Below, piece by piece: positions 49,026 to 61,000 of a DNA stretch of 64,000 bases (the stretch's first letter is position 1; each line of letters starts with the position of its first letter). This DNA is from Nitrosopumilaceae archaeon (GTDB taxonomy: Archaea; Thermoproteota; Nitrososphaeria; Nitrososphaerales; Nitrosopumilaceae): assembly GCA_965203465.1 (NCBI GenBank), contig CBDBCR010000001.1, forward strand, positions 288,001 to 352,000. Reading direction: 5' to 3'. Under the pieces are notes generated by a model. The model did no database searches, was not told the DNA's origin, and saw only the letters and a list, made by a program, of their open reading frames with translations. The translations under genes were made by a program, and so were the position numbers.

Positions 49026-51507
49026 TTGGCAAAAAAAGACTCGGTGGATCAGTACACCCACCCGGACTCCACGCGGACGAACAACCCGCCGGCGGGACTG
49101 GTCACACTGGAGACCGACCCGGACAGGCCCAGCAAGCACTACTCGCACGATCCCCGCCTTGATCCGCACCTCCAATGGTCCGGCAAACGGGAAAACTCCG
49201 AGTTTGAAGTGGATACCGTATCCCTACACGTGCACGAGACAGTTGATCCTGCCACCATTTTGGAAAAAGCAATGCAGCTGAGGCGGGGGGGGGGGTGGAT
49301 CCCAGCAAACGCTGTTTGGGTATTTCGACGAGCGGCTCTCTTTGCGTCATGCAGTAGAGTTCTACAAACACGATCAAAACTGGTCTAACCGACTGGTCGC
49401 CGGAGATTCCTTGCTGGTCATGAATTCGCTGTTGCAGAAAGAAGGCATGGGGGGCAAAGTACAGATGATCTACATAGACCCCCCGTACGGAATAAAGTAC
49501 AGTTCCAACTTTCAACCGTTCGTAAGCAAGCGCAACGTAACGGATGGCAAGGATGCCGATCTTACACAAGAGCCTGAAATGATAAAGGCGTTCAGAGACA
49601 CGTGGGAACTGGGAATACACTCGTACCTGTCATACTTGCGAGACAGGTTGCTGCTGTCCAAACAGCTACTTGCGGAGAGCGGCAGTGTGTTTGTGCAGAT
49701 TTCAAGCAAAAACCTCCACCACGTGTTGGAAATCATGAGCGAAGTGTTCGGTAGCGAGAATTTTGTCAACGTAATAAGCTATAGAACTACATCTGGCGAT
49801 ACTGCTGCGCTATTGCCATCAATGGTGGATTACCTCGTTTGGTTTGCTAAGGACAAAAAACACATCAAATTTCACCAAATTTTTCTCGACAAAGAGGTAG
49901 GCGCGAGTCGTGCATACAATTATGTCGAAGAACCAAACGGCACGATTAGAAAAATACACAAAGAAGAAATTAAAAACCCAAATTTGATCCCAAAAAACTG
50001 TCGAATATTCACTATGGCTGATTTGCATCATGCAGGTTTTCGTGAAACCACTACCTTTGAATTTGAGTTTAAAAGAAAAAAATTCCATCCAGGAAGCAAC
50101 CATCATTGGAAGACAAACAAGAAAGGAATGGACAGGTTGAAGAAAGCAGAGCGCCTTGTTCTAAGCACAAATACTCTACGTTACAAGAAATACTTTGGTG
50201 ACTTTCCGGTAACACATTTGGGCAACATGTGGATCGATACTGGAGGCGCAGCCAACAAAAAATACGTAGTTCAGACATCGCCCAAGATCATACAACGTTG
50301 CATGTTGATGGTTACAGACCCGGGTGACTTGGTGTTTGATCCTACATGCGGAGGCGGCACTACTGCATTTGTAGCAGAGCAGTGGGGAAGAAGGTGGATC
50401 ACATGTGATACGTCAAGAGTCGCTTTGGCATTAACAAAACAGAGATTAATGACTGCCGTCTATAATTATTATAAACTACACAAACCAGACGAAGGTGTCT
50501 CTTCTGGGTTTCTATACAAAACCGTGCAACACAAAACATTGCGGTCGATCGCAAATAATGAACCGCCAGATCTTGTGACGTTGTATGACAAACCAATCAC
50601 CCAAAGCAACAAAATGAGAATCTCTGGCCCGTTCACCATCGAGGCGGTCCCGGCGCCAACAGCAAAGTCGCTTGACGTTCTGTCCGCTGACCCGGAAGAC
50701 GATCCCACGACTGCGCCGGGCGCGTCCTCGCACCAGCAGCAATGGCGCGACGAACTGCTGAAGACCGGGATACGCGGAAAGTCCAACCAGAGAATCGAAT
50801 TCACCAGGGTGGAACCCCATCCTGCCACAAAGTGGCTCCACGCAGACGCAGAGACCAAAGACAAACCGAAGCGCGCGATGGTCTCGTTCGGCCCGGAGCA
50901 CGCCCCCTTGGAGCAGCGCCAGGTAGAGAACGCGATCAAGGAGGCGCAAACCCTGGTCCCCCCGCCCGAGATGCTGATATTCGCAGCGATGCAGTTTGAT
51001 CCCGAGGCCGCAAAGGACATCGACGGGTTGAACTGGCCGGGCGTCACAACGCTCAAAGTCGAGATGAACAAGGATCTTTTAACCTCGGATCTGAAAACCA
51101 AGCGCGCGAGCAACGAGTCGTTCTGGCTGATGGGCCAGCCCGACGTGGAGGTCGGAAAGACCGGCGACAAGCACGTGGTGACAGTCAACGGATTCGACTA
51201 CTACAACACGAAAACCGGAGAGATCGAATCGGGCGATTCTTCAAAGATCTCCATGTGGATGCTCGACGAGGACTACGACGGCAGGAGCGTGTACCCGAAG
51301 CAGATATTCTTCCCCATGGAAGGCGAGGACGGGGGGTGGGTCAAGCTTGCCAAGACGCTACGGGCCCAGATCGACGCGGATCTCATACACAAGTACCACG
51401 GAAAGACGTCGATCCCGTTCGAGGCGGGGCCCAACAAGCAGGCCGCCGTAAAGATCATCGACGACCGGGGGATTGAGTCGCTAAAGGTAATCCACCTCGA
51501 AAAATGA
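49026..51507 (+). CDS. mod: Type III R-M methyltransferase Mod, frameshifted at a G11 tract
   Basis: IYIDPPYG and DPTCGGGTT motifs; the N-terminal part (DPHLQWSGK..VSLHVHE) joins in frame if the tract is G10 or G13. Confidence 0.88.
49285..49295 (+). repeat. G11 homopolymer in mod
   Basis: AGGC-G11-TGGAT at the frameshift point. Confidence 0.9.
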
Positions 51508-54365
51508 TGTCCCGCATACCGAACCTCATAATATGCAATCCGTACCGAGTGCCTTCAGAGCACTGGAAGTACGATCGCGCCAGAAGGAAATTCGAAAAAA
51601 CCCCCGGAAGGCGGCCCGCCGGATTCCTGATCGCAAGCGGCGACAGCAAGTCCTTCGACGATCCGGGCGAGTTCAGGGAGCTGGATCTAGTCAACAGAGT
51701 GCGGGAGAGGGTGGACAGCTGGCGGGATCTGGGCTATCCGGGCATCACCGGCGTCACGAGGCAGCTGCTCGGGTTCTGGCGCGACGGAACGCGGCGGACA
51801 AACCCGTTCTTTTTCTGCCAGCTGGAGGCGATAGAGACGCTGATCTGGCTGGTGGAGGCCCCCGAGGCGGAAAAGCAGGGAATACGGATTCCGTCCGACG
51901 GGGGGCGGTTCCAGAGGCTGTGCTGCAAGATGGCGACGGGCACCGGCAAGACGGTCGTGATGGCGATGCTGATCGCGTGGCAGGTAGCAAACAAGAGCGC
52001 TTACCCGCAGGATGCGCGCTTTTCAAAGAACGTGCTGCTGATGGCCCCCAGCCTGACCGTAAAGTCCCGGCTGCAGGTCCTCGATCCTGCCAAAAAAGAC
52101 AACTTTTACGACCTGTTCGGCGTCGTTCCGGAAGGCCTGCACAGGCGGCTGTTCGAGGGAAACTTCGTCGTACACAACTGGCACACGCTCATGCCGGAGG
52201 CCGATTCCCCCAAGAGCGTGGTCAAACTGGGCCCGGAGAGCGACGGGGCCTTTTCGAAAAGAATCCTAAAGCACGATCTGCGGAACATAATCGTGATCAA
52301 CGACGAGGCGCACCACGCGTACAGGGCGAGCGCGGATCAGACAAAGAACATCAACAAGAAAGATCTGGAGCGCGACAAGCGGTGGATAGAGGGCCTGGAC
52401 AAGATACACAACGCAAGAAACATCGCGCACTGCTTCGACTTTTCGGCGACCCCCTTCATCCCGTCCGGCAGGAACGTCACCGAGGACACCCTGTTTGAGT
52501 GGATAGTCTCGGACTTTTCGCTAAACGACGCGATCGAATCCGGCATCACCAAGACGCCCAGGATAGCCATAAAGGACGACAGCGGCAAGTTCTCCAAAGA
52601 GTACAGTTCCAGATTCTACCACCTGTACAAAGACCCCGAGGTAGAGCACGATCTCAACCGGAAGGCAAAACCCCACGAACGCCTGCCGACCCTTGTGGCA
52701 AACGCCTACCTCCTCTTGGGCCAGGACTGGCTGGAAACCAAGAGCCTCTGGGACGGTGCGGGCTCCAAGATCCCGCCCGTGATGATAACTGTCTGCAACG
52801 AAACCCACACCGCGGCAAGGATAGCGCACTCTTTTCAAAAGGGGCAATTAGAACCGAAGGATCTCTCGGCCCCGGAGCACATGCTGCACATAGACTCTGC
52901 GGCCATAAGCAAGGCGGAGGGGGGCGAGGCAGGCGAAAAATCCGCCGGCACGGAGGAGGAATTGAGGCAGAAAGTCGACACCGTCGGCAAGCGGGGCAAG
53001 CCCGGGGAGCAGATCCGAAACATCATCGCCGTGCAGATGCTCACGGAGGGGTGGGACGCCAGAAACGTGACCCACATAATGGGCCTGAGGGCGTTCACCA
53101 GCCAGCTGCTCTGCGAGCAGGTGGTCGGGAGGGGCCTGCGCAGGACATCGTACGACGTCGATCCGGAGACCGGGCTGTTTTCGCCAGAGTACGTCAACGT
53201 GTTCGGCGTGCCGTTTACGTTCCTGCCCCACGAGGGAGGCGACGGGACGCCGCCTCCCCCGACGGATCCGGTCACGACCATAGAGCCGGATCCCGAAAAA
53301 AGCGAGCACAGAATATCGTGGCCCAACATCGAAAGAATAGACTCCGAGTATTCCACGCGCCTCTCGGTGGACTGGGAGAAACTGGGTCCTTTGGATCTGC
53401 ACAGCGGCGGGATCAGCACCACTGTGGGCATGGCCCAGATCATCGAGGGAAAGCCGAGCGTGGACCAGATGTCGGAGATCGACCTGTACCGGCTCCACAA
53501 GACGATAAGGCTGCAGCGCATCATCTTCCTGGCCTCCAAGGACGTCTATGATCTCATGTCCCCCGGCTGGAAGGGCGGCAGGGACCTCCTTTTGATGCAG
53601 GTAGTGCGGCTCGTGGAGGAGTTCATACGCTCGGGGGGGATTCGGGTAGTGGACGTCCCCGACGACGAGCTCAGGACCAGAGTAACCATCCTGTTCAACA
53701 TGCAGAAGGTAGTCTCGCACGTCTGCAAGGGCATCACGGATTCCAGCACGGAGAGCCGCCGCATGGCGCTGCACCCCGACACGCCGATAAAATCCACCGG
53801 GAACATGCGCCCGTGGCACACCAAAAAGCCCGCCGAGCGCGCCGCAAAATCGCACGTCAACTTGGCGGTCTACGACTCTACGTGGGAGATGGGCGCGGGC
53901 CAGGAACTGGAAAGGAACGGCAACGTGGCATCGTGGGCCAGGAACGACCACTTGGGGTTCGTCGTGCGATACATGTACAAGGGAGTCCCCCGCGAATACC
54001 ACCCGGACTTTCTGATCCGCCTCAAAAACGGCGTCACGCTGGTTTTGGAGATCAAGGGGATTGACAGCGACCAGGACCGGGAGAAGCGGCGGCACCTCCA
54101 AGAGTGGGTGGACGTAGTGAACGAAAGCGGCGCGTACGGCACGTGGACGTGCGACGTCGCGTTCAATCCGGGCGACGTGCGCGGCATAGTCGCAAAGCAC
54201 TCCGAGACGGAGGCCTCTGCGAGGGAGAGCGCCAAATGCCCGAGGTGCCGCAAAAAGGCCGCGTCAAGGAAAGAAGTCGAGAAAAGGTTCGGGTTCCGCA
54301 ACGCGGACGGCGTGGTCAGGCCGCAGTCCTGGTGCAGAGCCTGCCGCAAGAGCATCGGCGGCTGA
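51504..54365 (+). CDS. res: Type III R-M restriction subunit Res with C-terminal Zn finger
   Basis: MATGTGKT, NDEAHH, FSATP, LTEGWD, QVVGRGLR helicase motifs; PDF..LEIKG nuclease; CPRC..WCRAC tail. Confidence 0.93.
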   Translation: MMSRIPNLIICNPYRVPSEHWKYDRARRKFEKTPGRRPAGFLIASGDSKSFDDPGEFRELDLVNRVRERVDSWRDLGYPGITGVTRQLLGFWRDGTRRTNPFFFCQLEAIETLIWLVEAPEAEKQGIRIPSDGGRFQRLCCKMATGTGKTVVMAMLIAWQVANKSAYPQDARFSKNVLLMAPSLTVKSRLQVLDPAKKDNFYDLFGVVPEGLHRRLFEGNFVVHNWHTLMPEADSPKSVVKLGPESDGAFSKRILKHDLRNIIVINDEAHHAYRASADQTKNINKKDLERDKRWIEGLDKIHNARNIAHCFDFSATPFIPSGRNVTEDTLFEWIVSDFSLNDAIESGITKTPRIAIKDDSGKFSKEYSSRFYHLYKDPEVEHDLNRKAKPHERLPTLVANAYLLLGQDWLETKSLWDGAGSKIPPVMITVCNETHTAARIAHSFQKGQLEPKDLSAPEHMLHIDSAAISKAEGGEAGEKSAGTEEELRQKVDTVGKRGKPGEQIRNIIAVQMLTEGWDARNVTHIMGLRAFTSQLLCEQVVGRGLRRTSYDVDPETGLFSPEYVNVFGVPFTFLPHEGGDGTPPPPTDPVTTIEPDPEKSEHRISWPNIERIDSEYSTRLSVDWEKLGPLDLHSGGISTTVGMAQIIEGKPSVDQMSEIDLYRLHKTIRLQRIIFLASKDVYDLMSPGWKGGRDLLLMQVVRLVEEFIRSGGIRVVDVPDDELRTRVTILFNMQKVVSHVCKGITDSSTESRRMALHPDTPIKSTGNMRPWHTKKPAERAAKSHVNLAVYDSTWEMGAGQELERNGNVASWARNDHLGFVVRYMYKGVPREYHPDFLIRLKNGVTLVLEIKGIDSDQDREKRRHLQEWVDVVNESGAYGTWTCDVAFNPGDVRGIVAKHSETEASARESAKCPRCRKKAASRKEVEKRFGFRNADGVVRPQSWCRACRKSIGG

Positions 54366-54483
54366 AGCGCCCGCGCGGCCGACGCCCCGGATTTGGGCCG
54401 GGATCGGGCGGCCCGGCTCGGAGGCTGGCTTTTGCCGCGCCGGGAAGCATAGCGTCTCCGCTCCGGCCCTCCCCGATCCGACC

Positions 54484-54787
54484 GTCGCCGCCCCCGCTCA
54501 GGGGGCGGCGGACCTACCCGTGCCGGTGAGGGGGCAGCGCAGGTTGGAGCACCTGCGCTGCCAGGGCCTGCCCCGGCCGTAGCGCAGCGCCACCACGGGC
54601 CACCGGCACGAGGCGCACTTTGTGCGCGTGGCGCGCAGCAGGCCCCTCTGGGGCAGCGGGGACGAGGCCGAGCAGCCGCCCCGGTAGTTGGAGCACCCCA
54701 CGAAGCGCTTGCCCGTCGAGCGCGAGCGGATCACCATCAGCATGCCGCCCCCGCAGGAGGGGCAGGGGACCAGCCCCGCGCTGGGCC
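54484..54787. repeat. Right copy of the direct repeat (decayed nitrilase tail, intact Zn-ribbon gene 3' part)
   Basis: Aligns with 48663-48962. Confidence 0.9.
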
Positions 54788-54911
54788 TGCCGGTGCCGGC
54801 GATGGTGTACAGCCTCTTTCCGGCAGACCAGGACAGGTACCCGGCCGGGTCGGCGTACTGGCGCAGCCGGTCGCGGAACTTTTTGACGCTCGACTCCGTC
54901 GCGCTGGCCAC
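54498..54911 (-). CDS. Stand-alone topoisomerase-IA-type C4 zinc-ribbon protein
   Basis: CPSCGGG.L.VIRS..TGKRFVGCSNY..C..S.PLPQ..CASC..CSNLRC. Confidence 0.8.
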   Translation of the reverse strand: MASATESSVKKFRDRLRQYADPAGYLSWSAGKRLYTIAGTGRPSAGLVPCPSCGGGMLMVIRSRSTGKRFVGCSNYRGGCSASSPLPQRGLLRATRTKCASCRWPVVALRYGRGRPWQRRCSNLRCPLTGTGRSAAP

Positions 54912-55042
54912 GTGCCTGCCCGCCACGGCCGGCTTTGCGGGCGCGGGCAAGATAAGCGTGGCGCGCGGGGCGGAAAACGTTGACAAGGGGTCTGAAACAT
55001 TTGACAGAGGCCATTAAATTGCCCGGGCGCGACGTAGCTGCG

Positions 55043-58000
55043 ATGCGGGTCTTGTTGGCTGCGGCGCTGGCCGCCGCGGCCGTGCTGGCGGCGGGCGCGC
55101 CGGGCGCCGAGGGGACGACGCCGACGCTGAGCACCAAGGTCATGGACACGAACAACGACGGCACGTGGGCGTCCGTCCTGACCCTGACGTTCAACACAAA
55201 CGTCCAGGTGCACACCAGCGTGGACGACACGCTTCAGGACATCACAGTCGAAGGGAACCGGGGCTCATCGCTGGAGGTTAGCGGATCCACGGTCAAGATA
55301 TTCTACCTGCCGCCTGCCGAAAACGGAATTCGGGAGGCTACAAAAGACGGCCTGCATGTCTCCATAACGGACACCGCGCTAAAGTCGACGGATGACAGCA
55401 CCGACCTTGCGGCCGTCACGAATTCAGTCGTTACCGTGACCGGCGACAGCACGGGCCCCAAGGTGGTCAGCGCAGCGCTGGACAGGGACGGCGGGGTGCT
55501 GTACATAGTCATGGACGAGTCCCTAGCGTACGGCAACTACAACGTCGACTCAACCACCGGCGGAGACCTACGCATCAGTAGCAGCAAAGTCTTGCGTTAC
55601 GGGACCGCCTTTGAAAACGTCACAAAATACCACCTGCGCGACGGCGCGACTGCCTCGAGCGGCCTCACTATGGCTTCCTCCAACAGCCCGAGCGTGCACC
55701 GCTCGCCGATCCACGAGATCCGCTTCGCGCTCACCCCGACCCAGCTTTCCACGGTGACTGGCTATACGAGCCCGCACCTGCACATGGACGCGGGCGCGGT
55801 CACGGGCATAGGTTCTAACAAGCAAATAAGCAACGACGCCAATTCAATAACAAACAACGCGGCCATCGCAAAGGCGATAAACTACCTGCCGCGCGTCTCG
55901 GCCGCCGAGCTTGTGACGAACACGCGGGCGCTGTCGATCACGTTCGACGAGTCGGTCACCAAGAAATCGGGCACATTCTACATACGCAACAGCGCCACGG
56001 GCGCGTACAATTCGGGAACCGACGTGACGGGAACGCTGGCCGTATCTGGAACCGCCGGAACCGCCACGCTGACCGCCCAGCAGGTCGCGAGGGTGCAGGG
56101 CATGTCCACGCCGCACCTTCACCTCAACGCCGGGGCGGTGACAGACGGCGGCGGCGCGGACAACGTCAAGATCGCCAAGGCGATGACCGTCACGAATCCG
56201 GGGCCGGTGCTGTTCGGGGCCACGCTCGACGAGGCCACCCGCACGCTCACGCTCACGCTAGACAAGGCCGTAAAGTCGGCCGGCGCGGACGTGGACCAGT
56301 CCAAGATACGCGTCAGGGACGGGGCTGGCACCACCGGCGGCACCGCGCTGTCCGGCTCGACGGTATCATCGACGGGTGACAGCACGACCGTCACTATCAC
56401 GCTTACTTCTTCGCAGGTGGCGACCGTCACGGGGTACGCCGCGCCACACGCATACCTGGAGGCGGGCGCGGTGACGAGCGCCTCGAACGTGGCCAGCGTT
56501 GCCCCCCTGCTGTCCAAGCCGGTGCTGCTGTACCCGCACTTGGACTCGGCCGTCGTCGACCTCAACAACTTTTCGACCGGCAGCGGCCAAAACACGACAT
56601 ATTACGCGGGCAAGCTGGTGCTCAAATTCAACGTGGACGTGGGCGTGAACACCAGCGACGCGGACACGCTCCCAAAGATAACGGTCCGCGACGCGGACAA
56701 CTCGCCGACGCTCACGCTGGACACGAACGCCTCGGTTATCACGAGCACGGCCACCGTCGAGATAGGGCTGAGCAACGCGCAAAAAGAGGCCGTCAGGGCG
56801 ATGTCGGGCGACCTGGAGGTGCTGATAGGTGCAAACGCCTTCAAGTCCGACACGGGCTCGCTGGCGCTGCCGGCGGTCGGCGACGGCGACGGGCCCATCC
56901 CGGGCGCCAGCGTGACGCCGGACACCACCCGCCCGGCGATAACCTCGGTCTCCCTGGACGGAGAGTCGGGCCTGCTCGCGCTCAACTTTGACGAGCTCGT
57001 GCAGGCAGACCCGGGGGACATCAACCTGAGCCACATGCAGCTGTACTATCCCCAGCGGGGAAACTTCCACCTGGGGGACCTGCAGGCGGGGTACGCCGCC
57101 CTGTCCACCCCGTGCGTGCCCGCGCCCTGCCCCCAAGGCGGCTCCACGGTCACGTCTTCGGGCGATTCCACCGCGGTCACGGTCCAGCTCAGCGAGGAGC
57201 ACCGCAAAAGGGCCATAGCCCTGCTCGATCCGCAATACTGGATACAGCACCAAGAGTCGATAAAGGACACGTCGGGAAACTTCACACCGAGTGCCACCTT
57301 CGGCGGGGCCTCCTACACGCCCGACACGACGGCCCCGACGCTCGTGGCCACGGGACAAAACAGGCCCGCCCTCGACGAGGGGACCGGCGTATTGACGCTG
57401 ACGTTCAGCGAATCCGTAAAGGAGGGATCGAACGTGGATCTGACAAAGATCTTCATTGCGGGCAGCACGACCGCGAGCGGCGGCACGGCCCTGAGCGTCT
57501 CGGGGGACGCCTCCGAGCTCACCTCGACGGTCGATACCGACTCTGAAATAACGATAAAACTGCGCGAGACGGCGCGGAAGGCGGCCATCGGACACGCGAC
57601 GCCGTATGTGTACTTTGCCTCGGGCGCCGTGGTGGATCTTTCAAACCAGACCCTGGCCGCCTCGACCAGCAGCGCCGAGATCGCCGACACGGCCGACACG
57701 ACGCCCCCGACGCTCGTGACCGCGGCGCCGAACGGGCCGGCCCTCGACGAGGGCACCGGGATATTGACGCTGGCGTTCGACGAATCGGTAAAGGACGGCG
57801 CCGACGTCGATCTGACGAAGATCTTCATAGCCGGCGGCACGGCCGCGAGCGGCGGCACGGCCCTGAGCGTCTCGGGGGACGCCTCCGCGGTGACATCGAC
57901 GGTCGACACGGACGCGGTCATCACGATAACGCTGCGCGAGGCGGCCAGGCAGGCGGCCATCGGACACGCGACGCCGCACGTGTACTTTGCCTCGGGCGCC

Positions 58001-61000
58001 GTAAAGGATCTGTCCGACCAGAACGTCGCGGCATCGACGGCCGCCGCCGAGATCGCCGACACGCCCGACACCACCGCGCCGACGCTCGTGGCGACCGGGC
58101 AGGACGGCCCGGCGCTCGACGAGGGCACCGGGATACTCACGCTGACCTTCGACGAGTACGTAAAGGCCGCGGCTTCGGATGTCGACCTGACCAAGATATT
58201 CATGAACGACGGCTCGTTCACCGCCGGCGGCACGGCGCTGGCCGCCGGCACGCCGCCTGCCGGCGCGACGGTCACCTCGACGGGCGACGGCGCGGCCGTG
58301 ACGGTACAACTCACCGAAGCGCAGCGCAAGTCGGCCATCGGATACGCGACGCCGCACGTGTACCTAGGCGCGGGCGCCGTAAAGGACACCTCGGACCAGA
58401 CGATCGCCGCCTCTGCGGCCAGCGCCGAGATCGCCGACACGGCCGACACGACGCCCCCGACGCTCGTGACCGCGGCGCCGAACGGGCCGGCCCTCGACGA
58501 GGGCACCGGGATATTGACGCTGGCGTTCGACGAATCGGTAAAGGACGGCGCCGACGTCGATCTGACGAAGATCTTCATAGCCGGCGGCACGGCCGCGAGC
58601 GGCGGCACGGCCCTGAGCGTCTCGGGGGACGCCTCCGCGGTGACATCGACGGTCGACACGGACGCGGTCATCACGATAACGCTGCGCGAGGCGGCCAGGC
58701 AGGCGGCCATCGGACACGCGACGCCGCACGTGTACTTTACCTCGGGCGCCGTAAAGGATCTGTCCGACCAGAACGTCGCGGCATCGACGGCCGCCGCCGA
58801 GATCGCCGACACGGCCGACACGACCGCTCCGCAGCTCGTGGCGACCGGGCAGGACGGGCCGGCCCTCGACGAGGGCACCGGGATACTCACGCTGACGTTC
58901 GACGAGTACGTAAAGGCCGCGGCTTCGGACGTCGACCTGACCAAGATATTCATGAACGACGGCTCGTTCACCGCCGGCGGCACGGCGCTGGCCGCCGGCA
59001 CGCCGCCTGCCGGCGCGACGGTCACCTCGACGGGCGACGGCGCGGCCGTGACGGTACAACTCACCGAAGCGCAGCGCAAGTCGGCCATCGGATACGCGAC
59101 GCCGCACGTGTACCTGGGCGCGGGCGCCGTAAAGGACACCTCGGACCAGACGATCGCCGCCTCTGCGGCCAGCGCCGAGATCGCCGACACGGCCGACACG
59201 ACGCCCCCGACGCTGGTGACCGCGGCGCCGAACGGGCCGGCCCTCGACGAGGGCACCGGGATATTGACGCTGGCGTTCGACGAATCGGTAAAGGACGGCG
59301 CCGACGTCGATCTGACGAAGATCTTCATCGGCGACGGCGCGTTCAGCTCGGGCGGCGAGCCGCTGACCGGCTCGGCGGTGACGTCCGCCGAGGACACGGA
59401 CGCCGCGATAACCGTAAAACTGAGCGAACACCTCCGGCAGGCGGCCATCGGGTACGCCGACCCGTACGTGCGCCTAGGCGAGGGGGCCGTAAAGGATCTC
59501 TCCGACCAGAACGTGGCGGCTTCTGCCGGCTCCCGGATCGACGACACGCCCGACGACGACCCGCCCGGCCTCAAGGCCGCCACGGTGCACCTCGGCACGC
59601 TGGAGATGACGGCCGTCTTCGACGAGACCGTAAAGGCGGTGCCTAGGTCGAACACCACCGTCATGTACGCCTCCGAGGCCGGAAGCTCCGGGTATAACGC
59701 GGCCACCGACGTGGCAATCGACCCGCCCGCGACCCACGGCACGCGGGTCTCCAAAACGCTGACCGCGGCCGAATTCGCGCTCTACGACGCGATGAGCACG
59801 CCGACGCTCTACCTCAATTCTGATGTCGTCTTGGACACCTCGACCAACAAAAACCGGGCTGACACCGCGCAATTTACGCCCGCGCCCCCCTCCATCAGGG
59901 GTACCCCGACGGCCGACGCGGGGACGGGCAGGGTGGTGGCAGGCTTCGACTACGAGGTAGGCGCGGGTACCGGCAATTTCGGCATACGCGACGGGCCCGG
60001 CGCGCCGGCCGGCCCCGTGCGGGTGGCAGCCTCGGCCGTGGTGTTTTCGAGCAACACCGCCACGTTCACCCTCTCAGAGACCGACCGCCAGGCCCTGATA
60101 GGCATGTCCGATCCGTACCTGTTCCTCGAAGCTTCGGCGGTGGTGACAACCAGGACTGCCAACGGGGACGTGCTTGCAGGCGAGGCCGGATCCGCGAGGC
60201 TGGACAGGGCGCCGGACACGCTCCGGCCGCGCCTGCTGCACGATTCGACCACGCTGGCCTCCGACGAGCTATGGATAGTATTCAGCGAGACCGTAAAGAC
60301 GATAGACGCGACAAAGCTCTCGTTCTTTGACGGGACCGTGTCCCACAAGCTCTCCTCGCAGACCTCGCCCTCGGAGGTATCAAAGGACGGCCAGACGGTA
60401 AAGGTGAGCCTGCGCGGCCAGATAATAGCGGCCGCCCAGAACGCCGGCGACGACCTGAGGCTGCGCGCGGAGCAGGGCGCCGTGGCCGACACATCCAACA
60501 ACGCGTCGGTGCCGTACGCGGGCGACGGGCAGCCGCGGGCCCCGCCTGTCATACGCTCGGCCTCGGCGGTCTCGCTCAGCTCGGTCATGGTATCGTTCAG
60601 CGAGCCGCTTTTGGGGGGGGGGAGTGGTCCGTAGAGGGGTTCGACTCGGCCGGCATCGAGGCCTCGGCTGTAGAGCTTGCGCGCCCCGGCAGGTTCCTCT
60701 CGCTGGACCTGTCCTCGCCGCTGCCCGACACGGCCCCCGACCTGGTACTGCGCTACGAGCCGGGGGGCCTGGTCTCTGAGAGCGGCGCCCAGCTGCGCGC
60801 CGCGTCGCTGCCCGTCTCGGATTCGATAGCCCCGCGCCTCGTCTCGGCCGAGGCGGTCTCGCCGCGGACGGTGCGGGCCACGTTCAGCGAGCCGGTCCGG
60901 ACCGACCAGACCGGCGGGGGCGGCTGGTCGCTGTCCGGGCCGGACGCCTCGGGCCTGATAGTCACGGGGGTGCGCCCCGGCGGGGACGCCATAGAGGTCT

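Noticed and set aside
48663-54787. Diversity-generating retroelement TR/VR pair
   Set aside because: Changes are both A->G and T->C on one strand, reciprocal between copies, include indels, and no reverse transcriptase is present
54498-54986. Truncated topA pseudogene
   Set aside because: No TOPRIM or catalytic remnant; it has its own short N-domain and synonymous-only changes in its tail, fitting a stand-alone Zn-ribbon gene
57313-59754. 813-aa minus-strand ORF and many other long overlapping ORFs (e.g. 1253-2659, 24144-25646, 61288-63225)
   Set aside because: Antisense or alternate-frame shadows of real genes in GC-rich DNA; no family motifs
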